Virus record (IMG/VR): IMGVR_UViG_3300028833_000061
Location: 128,001-192,000 of that record
Direction: 5' to 3' (one strand)
DNA from: a virus
Lineage: Duplodnaviria > Caudoviricetes
DNA length: 64,000 nucleotides
Position numbers and translations under genes: made by a program. The notes beneath the pieces were generated by a model, which saw only the letters and a program-made list of their open reading frames with translations, searched no databases and was not told where the DNA came from. Positions within the stretch are counted from its first letter, which is position 1. Each line of letters opens with the position of its first letter. This document shows positions 57,184-64,000 of the stretch, one piece after another.

Positions 57184-57537
57184 CTAGTATGTATACAAGT
57201 CGCTGCCGTAGCGCCTATGTGGATCTGGATTCGCCTTGTTGTACTTCATGTTGCCATACAATCCTCCGGCTACGGTCGCCATCCCCTTCCAGAAGGAATT
57301 ACTGCCCAGATAGTTCGCAAGCATGTTTCCTCCAAGAGCCCCCACAGCGACATTGGCAAGTCTCCCATAAGGTTGCGTAACTGGCAAGCCCGTATTGACT
57401 ATCTCCTGTTTAAGGGTGTGCTGCTGCATAGGCGTAAGCCAATCATTCGCAGAAATATGGCGCATCACGTCACCTACAGTAGGCTGAAGTTCTATAAGCT
57501 GCGCAAGCTTCAAAAGTCCTGGCATCGCTCTAGCCAT
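57184..57537 (-). CDS. Glycine-zipper protein
   Basis: LKLAQ; GALGGNMLANYLG..GMATVAGGLYG. Confidence 0.55.
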   Translation of the reverse strand: MARAMPGLLKLAQLIELQPTVGDVMRHISANDWLTPMQQHTLKQEIVNTGLPVTQPYGRLANVAVGALGGNMLANYLGSNSFWKGMATVAGGLYGNMKYNKANPDPHRRYGSDLYTY

Positions 57538-57843
57538 TTACTCAGCTCCTTCCGTCTGTTCCTCGATCTCTTCCAGCTCTGCCATCGCCTGATCATACGC
57601 AGAGTTGCTCTTTAGAATAGTGTCATACGGTATTCCTAGCCACATAGACAGGCCTACGTCGTCAACAAGATACCACTTTCCAGCCGGGTGCTTAAGCGGA
57701 GGAACAACAACAGTAGATCCTGGAGATACGACAAGGATACGCTCACCGTACACTACAGGATTGGCGTATTCAGGCTGTCCCTTTCCTCTGAAAATGCAGC
57801 AGCCTGAACACAGAACGGCCAAAGCTGTGAGCAAGACTCTCAT
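57538..57843 (-). CDS. Lipoprotein (possible o-spanin)
   Basis: MRVLLTALAVLCSGC lipobox. Confidence 0.55.
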   Translation of the reverse strand: MRVLLTALAVLCSGCCIFRGKGQPEYANPVVYGERILVVSPGSTVVVPPLKHPAGKWYLVDDVGLSMWLGIPYDTILKSNSAYDQAMAELEEIEEQTEGAE

Positions 57844-58577
57844 TTGAAAAGCTCCGTATCCTCGTCAAACCAGATGGAGACCTTGGTAGGCACCTCTAGC
57901 TCCTTCACGGATTTCTTAACCTTATTGAACGAGTCCTTGTACGATATACCCTTACCTATCAGACGGATAATGGCGTTGGTTAGCTCGCCTCCTGCAGCGT
58001 CTCCGTACGAATACTGTCCGTCTGAGCATCCTCCCCAGTGGAGCAGCCTTACGCCTGACTTCCTCGCGGTCCTGGCCATAAACACGTGTGGATTGCCGAC
58101 CTGCTGGTAGTTTGTTCCTGAATTACAGCAATCTGTAACCATGAATACTCTGCATTTTGCATTCGACAGTATATTCCAGATCTCGTTGTCAACGATCTCT
58201 CCGTCATCTACGCACAGCGTCTCGTCAAGACCATCGACCTCTCCGGGATCCTTTGACCTAATCTGGCCTCCATGGCCAGAGAAAAAGAATATAAACAATC
58301 CTGAGTCGTCTGTACCGTTAACGGCGTTCACGAGCTCGGCCAGCACTGCTCCTTTTGTAGCCTGCCGATCCACTAGAAGAGTCTTCTTCTTGGCAGGCAC
58401 CTTCTTATATATGTTGGTTGCATCCAGGCTTGCGCCTGGACAGGCACCGAACTTACGGCTGATGCCGACTCCTACCGACAGAAGGCGAATCTTGTCCTTG
58501 GGGGACCCAAGACTGCCTGTCAGCAGTCTTATCACCCAGTTTATCGATTTTCCAAACCAACTGTCGTTATTGACCAT
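57840..58577 (-). CDS. Caspase-family (C14) peptidase, metacaspase-like
   Basis: FFFSGHGGQ (His), DGLDETLC..IVDNEI, TDCCNSGT (Cys), GGELTNAI; start ATG 58577. Confidence 0.88.
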   Translation of the reverse strand: MVNNDSWFGKSINWVIRLLTGSLGSPKDKIRLLSVGVGISRKFGACPGASLDATNIYKKVPAKKKTLLVDRQATKGAVLAELVNAVNGTDDSGLFIFFFSGHGGQIRSKDPGEVDGLDETLCVDDGEIVDNEIWNILSNAKCRVFMVTDCCNSGTNYQQVGNPHVFMARTARKSGVRLLHWGGCSDGQYSYGDAAGGELTNAIIRLIGKGISYKDSFNKVKKSVKELEVPTKVSIWFDEDTELFK

Positions 58578-58806
58578 CTGTACACCCGTTGTACTTCTCG
58601 TACAGCTCGCGTCTTTCCGCAGCAAGATAGTTTGCATCTGTAACGCGACCTTCCCGTAACGCCTGTGCAAGCTGCTTTTCCTTTCTGTCTATCGCTGCCT
58701 TCAGCTTTCTACACTTGCTAGTACGATAACGGAAGAAACTGTAGACCATGTCTACAATCTTCGTAAAAGCGCCTGCGATTGAAAAGACGGAAAAAGAAAA
58801 AGCCAT
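58567..58806 (-). CDS. Small protein, hydrophobic N-terminus plus coiled-coil (possible i-spanin/holin)
   Basis: 79 aa; overlaps metacaspase start. Confidence 0.45.
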   Translation of the reverse strand: MAFSFSVFSIAGAFTKIVDMVYSFFRYRTSKCRKLKAAIDRKEKQLAQALREGRVTDANYLAAERRELYEKYNGCTDGQ

Positions 58807-58846
58807 CCAAAAAAGCCCTCGTGCAGCATATTAGCCTATAATCGGC

Positions 58847-59269
58847 CTAACTGCAACTGGCTTTTGTGAATTTCTCGCACACCTCGTCGTCAAGCCACCT
58901 GGACCGCTCAAGATCGGAGCACCATCCGACGCTCTTGCCTGATCCTTCCTTGAAGCATGCACAGTCCCCGCAGTGGTGATGCGGAGACTCGGCATGCTTC
59001 ACACGATCATGCTCCTCAGCCTTCTTGGCGTCGTTAAACCTGTCCAGAGTGCCTACCAGATATCCTGTTATACGCCTGATGCGGTCAAACGGACGATTCA
59101 AGAAAGTATACTTTATGTCTATGTACTCTGGATCTTTCTCGTCTATGGTTATATCGATCCTCTTTAGTGCATGGCTGCTGCCATACTGCTCTATAGCCCT
59201 ATCCAAATAAGCCTGCTTTTCGTCGTCAGACATCTCTCCTCCGACGACATTTATCTCAATGTTATTCAT
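58847..59269 (-). CDS. Stand-alone NrdD-type glycyl-radical domain protein with C-terminal Cys motif
   Basis: RIRRITGYLVGTLDRFNDAKKAEEHDRVKH matches class III RNR C-terminus; AGGAGG before ATG 59269; HCGDC..WC..VC tail. Confidence 0.8.
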   Translation of the reverse strand: MNNIEINVVGGEMSDDEKQAYLDRAIEQYGSSHALKRIDITIDEKDPEYIDIKYTFLNRPFDRIRRITGYLVGTLDRFNDAKKAEEHDRVKHAESPHHHCGDCACFKEGSGKSVGWCSDLERSRWLDDEVCEKFTKASCS

Positions 59270-59297
59270 GGATGCCTCCTGGTTGATCACGAGAGAG

Positions 59298-59306
59298 TAG
59301 TATACC
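59298..59306 (-). promoter_or_regulatory. Candidate extended -10 (TGGTATACT)
   Basis: Intergenic, ~30 nt upstream of ATG 59269. Confidence 0.45.
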
Positions 59307-59338
59307 ACCAGGAAACACTAGAACGAAGACAAAGTTAT

Positions 59339-60187
59339 CTACAAGAAATTAACAGCCACCAAATGTACTTCTACGGATGCTTTTTGTCTGAAAAAAGCAT
59401 CCCCAGCAACATGAAATGACCCATGCAGAAGCAAATTATCGGTAGCGGGCTTATACACTACAGGAAAGTCCTCATACAATGGATACTCAACATTGTTTGT
59501 ATCATAACCTCCCTTTCGCTCCATTGTTATCTTGGCAGCCCTACTAAAAATCTCTGACCTGGAACCGTCTACGTCGATCTCCAACCTTGCGTCCCAGTCA
59601 TAGCTTATTCTCGTTGCAGTATATGTTTTTCCTGTTGCAAGAAGTTTGAATACAAGCTCAATCTCTACAAGATCCAAAGACGTCGCAGAATACAGCATGT
59701 TCACGTTGCACAAACTGCCTACAGCCTCCGTCAGGTCTATATCGAAGTTAACAGTCTGATTCGGTGTCTGCAGCGCACTGGCTGGACGATACAACAAAGA
59801 ACTGCCCGACGGTACGACAAAAGTAGCGTGTTTAACTGCTGGTGTTAGCTCTGAATACCGTAGAATTGGCGTAACGTCTACGCCATTTGGAATGACGGAA
59901 TTATCAGGAAACTGATAGTTTTCGTTTTTAAAATCTACCGGCGCCCACCCTATATGTCTGTCCCATGCATATAACGGCTCCACGCTTGGAAGTACAACAG
60001 GAGTATCTGTGTATGTGGTTGTAAGACCTGCGAACGATTCCGGGCGTATCCTCTGGTTTGAAACAAGAACCAGCGTGCTGGACGTGTCTAATACAGGCAC
60101 ATCCGATCCCTGTACCAGATCTCCGCCAAGACTGGGCAGAACTACCGGCGTTCTTCTTATTTCTTCTTTCAGGTCTAGTGCATTCAT
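59339..60187 (-). CDS. Hypothetical beta-rich protein
   Basis: ATGA-coupled to upstream large gene at 60184-60187. Confidence 0.6.
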   Translation of the reverse strand: MNALDLKEEIRRTPVVLPSLGGDLVQGSDVPVLDTSSTLVLVSNQRIRPESFAGLTTTYTDTPVVLPSVEPLYAWDRHIGWAPVDFKNENYQFPDNSVIPNGVDVTPILRYSELTPAVKHATFVVPSGSSLLYRPASALQTPNQTVNFDIDLTEAVGSLCNVNMLYSATSLDLVEIELVFKLLATGKTYTATRISYDWDARLEIDVDGSRSEIFSRAAKITMERKGGYDTNNVEYPLYEDFPVVYKPATDNLLLHGSFHVAGDAFFRQKASVEVHLVAVNFL

Positions 60188-63100
60188 TCCACGGTCCAAA
60201 CGGGCATTCCTCTGTCAACATATCCAGCAGGCATTTCTATGCCTGAGCATGTATTTCCTTCGACGTCAATCCTATCTACTGAAACTCCGAGATCAGACAA
60301 GCACTCAGAGACTATATGGGTGGCTGTGAGCAGTTTCGTAACGGCAGGATCCGCGTCTACGAAATAAACCTTGCCGTTATACTTAACAAGATCATTCTCG
60401 AAACGCTTAGATACGACATATTCCTCCGCTGCATCTACCGTTTTATGCGTATAGTTAAACGGTACGGCGATATTAGATCTCGCTTGCTGCACATCATAAT
60501 TTCTCACAAAATCCGATACGACTGCATTCTTGTATTCCGCTGTCTTGTCTGATACCACATAGAGCTTTGCAAAATCACGCAGCCCATCGGAAAGACCATA
60601 TACCGTTCTGAGCGCTACGAACAGCAGTAGATTGATGTAATCAAACATGTGCGACTTATCTGAAAATCCACGAGTAGATGCAAGATAGTACATGACCGCA
60701 GCAACGGCCCGCTTGAAATTAGCGTCAGACTCCTGCACGAACATAAATCCAGATTCTGTCGCATATGCCTGCTGTGCCGCCATCATCTCGGCCTCGGAGG
60801 TATCTTTTGGAAATCCTATGGATGAAAAATCCGTAAGCCTGAATGTGTCGCACCACTCTGGCCTGGCCAGAGGAGGGCGATCGAACTCGCTCGTATCGGA
60901 CGCCGTCGTGTGCAACCTGACAAACGAAGCACGGTCGCCTATGTCCGGCATGTTCTCTACCGCTACGACATATTCGAACTTGCCTCCGCCTACAGTGGTC
61001 GACTCCGATACTCTGACACGCTTGTTTCTTGTAAGCACCTTCTCCTTGTCGCCGTTAACAGACGACATGTAGGATCCCGGGTAGACAACGCGGTAATGCG
61101 GATCAAACTCATTATTACCGTTACCATACACCTTTCCGTCGCTACTGCCAGTGACGGTGTAGTTATAGCTGTTCGTGAAATAGCATACGTCGAACACAGG
61201 ATCCAGTCCAAGCCTCCTGCACCTGTCGATACGGCAGGCGTGGAAGTTGCCTCTTCCTACGAGCACACCGTCTGCCCACTCAGGAACCGGCTGGTCATGC
61301 ACCCTGCACGAAACGAATGTTCCGTCTATGCTTCCCTTCCAGTAGGGCACTATGTCGCACATATAAAAAGAGCCGTCAAGACGCAGCTCGTCTATCTTCG
61401 AGAAATCGGCCATGCAGTTTACAAACTTTGCAGGACCTACCGACACGAACTTATTCATAAGTCTGAAATACTTTACGACATGCGCGGTATCGTCGCGAAG
61501 TATCGGAGCGTAGTTCGTTCCAACCTTCGCCGGATCATACGTTACACTTCTTCCACCGATGTATGACTTAACAACGCCATTTACACGTGCAACATTGTTT
61601 CCGCTTACATAGAAACTGGTGTCGGCCGGCATCGATATCGAAGAAACAGTGGCCGCTCCTATGAAATTTATATTTATGCGCTCTGAAATCGGATATACGT
61701 TGCCACAGCCTACGGAGTATGTCTTCGTGCCGATCACGTCTATGTCGAACGGCAGGGTTCTATCGTTCCTTGACGCCTGTGCAGTATGGAATCCAGGCAT
61801 TGGATTGTAATATAGCTCTCCGGTAATCTCTCCGAAACTTCCTTTCGTAATAACCTTGTACTCTATGTTAGCAAGATACATCTCCGTTGCACGCTCTATC
61901 GCCTTTGAGACAGTGGCAAGAGGATATCTGCTAGACCCGTAGGTGTGTCCGCCATCAGAACCCTTGTCTGTGACGTAAAACTTCCTCTTGGTGGCTATTT
62001 CAACATGATGTATGCCCGGAGTGGCAGTGAAGCGTAGATAGTTTGAAGGTGGCACAGATTCGCCATCTATTGTCACAGAATCCACGTCACCATATATAGT
62101 AAGCTCGGCGTCAGATCCTGCGGCATATACTCTTGCCCTCGGATTCACTGACCCGAAACCACTCGTTATGGATGCAAGTACGACAGACGTCGTGCTTTCG
62201 TTAACACGAACCTCGTTAGGCCCTATGCTAATAAGCCCCTGGTTGCGATCAACTCCGTTGTACGACCTTGCAGTAGATCCCAGTATGTCGTACTTCTCGT
62301 CGATTTCGAGTAATTCTGGAAAATCAACGGCTACAGACTCGATGGATTCTCCTGTGCAATACAATCTGTCAGACGCCTTTGTAGGCATCAGCGTAGCTGG
62401 ATCAACTCCTGGCCTGTGCAACCCAGGCAGATCATATACATTGTCTATGTACTCCAATCTTCCAGTCGCTGAATATCTTGACGCAACCTTGCCAGTCCTT
62501 ATGAACGACAAATCGTCTCCGACATCAAAACAGTAGTCTGGTCCAGTTCCTACCATCCTCGGGTCATCGCCAAGCGAACGCACCTGATAATCATAATCAT
62601 AACCCGTCCTGTGGCTACCTACACAGCGTCTGTACGTTATATTGCGTAGTTGTTTTCGTATGGATACCCACGCATCCTGATAGGCCTCAACCATATCATC
62701 GCCGTATCTCTCTCTATTTCCTGGGTTGTATGGGTCCTCGAAAATAGTTTTAGGAAAAGCCGCGGCCCAGCCTATGTACGACAACCAGCTGTTGTACATG
62801 TAAGAATTTATAACCAGTGTTTTCGACTTAACATCCCTGTCCTGGTATTTTTCGCTTGTAGTACTCACGTTTCCTACAAACGCGCAGTTGATAATGACGC
62901 CTCTTGCAGGAAACCCGCAGGCTGTGTTGTAAAAAATGCAGTTCGAGATTCTTGCGGCGTATACTATAGGACCAGCACCGTATATGTGATACGATGAATT
63001 GTTGTATCCTGCAAAGTAGCACCGATCGAAGCATCCTTTAAGATCGCTGAATCTCGTGCCCTTCTGCGGATCGTTGTCGTCATACGGTACGCCGTCTCTG

Positions 63101-64000
63101 AATCTGTAGCTCTTGAACACAGTGCTTGTGCCCATGAACGTGCAGCCTGTGACGAATTCTGAATTTCTTAGCTCCGGCGCGTTTACAAAATAGCAATTTT
63201 CAACTCGCTCTGGAGTCTCGAGCGATCCCTCAGAGATCGGAAGACTTGTTGGATTGTATCGAGCGTTCCAATTCAGCCTGGCAGCTACGGTCGTACCCAC
63301 AAACTTGCTGAACGTGGATCCTCTCGGTGCACCCCAGCACACGCCGGACATAAGCTTGTACGGCATATACAGACCGCAGTATACCTGAATATATCCAAAT
63401 TCCTTCGTTTCATACGCAGCACCCCAGCCTGGTACGCACCACGAGGCCCTGTCCCTTTCTCCATCCTTAAGACCGGCATACGGGTCTATATCGGGTATCC
63501 TAATGCCTATAACGGTGTCACCGCCAGACGTGTTCACAAGCGTTATATTCCTCGTGCCGCTGTTCCAATACTTAGAATGCTTGCTTGTCCTTATCGCCCT
63601 CCACCTTGTAGTGCCGTCCGGCATGTACACGAAGTCGTGTGGTGCATCGAATACAATCGGTGCATAATAATCACCTGGATCCTGCAGCTCGATTCTTACT
63701 TCGTCGTCAAGGCCCTTGTCCAGTATTTCGACCGCAAGAAGGGTGACATATGTAAGATCAGACGGAAACACAGTAGAATAATAAGCGCTGGTGGCCGACC
63801 CGTCTATTATCCATTCTCCGCTGGTATCGTTCTCATTCACTATAAGGTTGCCGCTCGAATCGACATACTTACACTTTACGGCCCAATCATATGACGTCAT
63901 GTACAGCTCCAGGGACTGCCCAGGAGTTACTTCGATCTCGGAGCGCCCTTCTATTCTCTCGAACAGCGCTCTTCTTCCGGCTGGATCTACGGTATCGTAT
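60184..64000 (-). CDS. Large parallel beta-helix (pectin-lyase-like) protein, 5'-truncated; possible receptor-binding/depolymerase
   Basis: Frame stays open from 63900 to window end; NCIF/NCAF/GCTF coil repeats, SIGPNE, YVTDKGSD..GS..PLATVSKAI motif. Confidence 0.6.
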   Translation of the reverse strand, partial: YDTVDPAGRRALFERIEGRSEIEVTPGQSLELYMTSYDWAVKCKYVDSSGNLIVNENDTSGEWIIDGSATSAYYSTVFPSDLTYVTLLAVEILDKGLDDEVRIELQDPGDYYAPIVFDAPHDFVYMPDGTTRWRAIRTSKHSKYWNSGTRNITLVNTSGGDTVIGIRIPDIDPYAGLKDGERDRASWCVPGWGAAYETKEFGYIQVYCGLYMPYKLMSGVCWGAPRGSTFSKFVGTTVAARLNWNARYNPTSLPISEGSLETPERVENCYFVNAPELRNSEFVTGCTFMGTSTVFKSYRFRDGVPYDDNDPQKGTRFSDLKGCFDRCYFAGYNNSSYHIYGAGPIVYAARISNCIFYNTACGFPARGVIINCAFVGNVSTTSEKYQDRDVKSKTLVINSYMYNSWLSYIGWAAAFPKTIFEDPYNPGNRERYGDDMVEAYQDAWVSIRKQLRNITYRRCVGSHRTGYDYDYQVRSLGDDPRMVGTGPDYCFDVGDDLSFIRTGKVASRYSATGRLEYIDNVYDLPGLHRPGVDPATLMPTKASDRLYCTGESIESVAVDFPELLEIDEKYDILGSTARSYNGVDRNQGLISIGPNEVRVNESTTSVVLASITSGFGSVNPRARVYAAGSDAELTIYGDVDSVTIDGESVPPSNYLRFTATPGIHHVEIATKRKFYVTDKGSDGGHTYGSSRYPLATVSKAIERATEMYLANIEYKVITKGSFGEITGELYYNPMPGFHTAQASRNDRTLPFDIDVIGTKTYSVGCGNVYPISERININFIGAATVSSISMPADTSFYVSGNNVARVNGVVKSYIGGRSVTYDPAKVGTNYAPILRDDTAHVVKYFRLMNKFVSVGPAKFVNCMADFSKIDELRLDGSFYMCDIVPYWKGSIDGTFVSCRVHDQPVPEWADGVLVGRGNFHACRIDRCRRLGLDPVFDVCYFTNSYNYTVTGSSDGKVYGNGNNEFDPHYRVVYPGSYMSSVNGDKEKVLTRNKRVRVSESTTVGGGKFEYVVAVENMPDIGDRASFVRLHTTASDTSEFDRPPLARPEWCDTFRLTDFSSIGFPKDTSEAEMMAAQQAYATESGFMFVQESDANFKRAVAAVMYYLASTRGFSDKSHMFDYINLLLFVALRTVYGLSDGLRDFAKLYVVSDKTAEYKNAVVSDFVRNYDVQQARSNIAVPFNYTHKTVDAAEEYVVSKRFENDLVKYNGKVYFVDADPAVTKLLTATHIVSECLSDLGVSVDRIDVEGNTCSGIEMPAGYVDRGMPVWTVE

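Noticed and set aside
58847-59308. Full nrdD gene or nrdD pseudogene
   Set aside because: No catalytic barrel upstream in any frame; the small ORF has its own RBS and promoter-like site
285-63894. Numerous plus-strand ORFs in the track, and minus-strand 46540..47382
   Set aside because: Antisense shadows of real genes with Ser-rich, motif-free translations; only 46562..47449 is supported on plus
1-64000. Stop-codon reassignment (code 15 or 4) as in some large phages
   Set aside because: Code 11 gives near-complete coding density, and TAG and TGA end genes right at the next start

Overview
This 64 kb window is the virion-morphogenesis region of a large contractile-tailed (jumbo-type) phage, standard genetic code, with almost all real genes on the minus strand. 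Reading in transcription order (64000 -> 1): a large beta-helix surface protein, a stand-alone NrdD-type glycyl-radical domain, a metacaspase between two spanin-like genes, and a block of internal-head-like proteins. Next is a bacterial-type multisubunit RNA polymerase in an unusual layout (beta fused to the N-terminal half of beta-prime including DFDGD; the rest of beta-prime on a separate gene 8.4 kb away), with an accessory island between the halves (i-type lysozyme, GNAT-containing multidomain protein). Then come prohead protease, scaffold, decoration and major capsid proteins, neck, sheath, tube, spike, tail chaperones with a -1 slippery site, tape measure, baseplate genes with an embedded sigma-70-family factor, and four Cys-rich tail paralogues. 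The strongest unexplained pattern is a recurring K-x-A motif, often preceded by a GF-containing leader, in about 20 head-region proteins including the RNAP N-terminus, and punctuating the domain boundaries of the GNAT protein. I infer a capsid-targeting and protease-processing system that loads RNAP, membrane-inserting proteins and a cleavable polyprotein into the virion. All assignments come from motif recognition and synteny by eye; no database searches were run.
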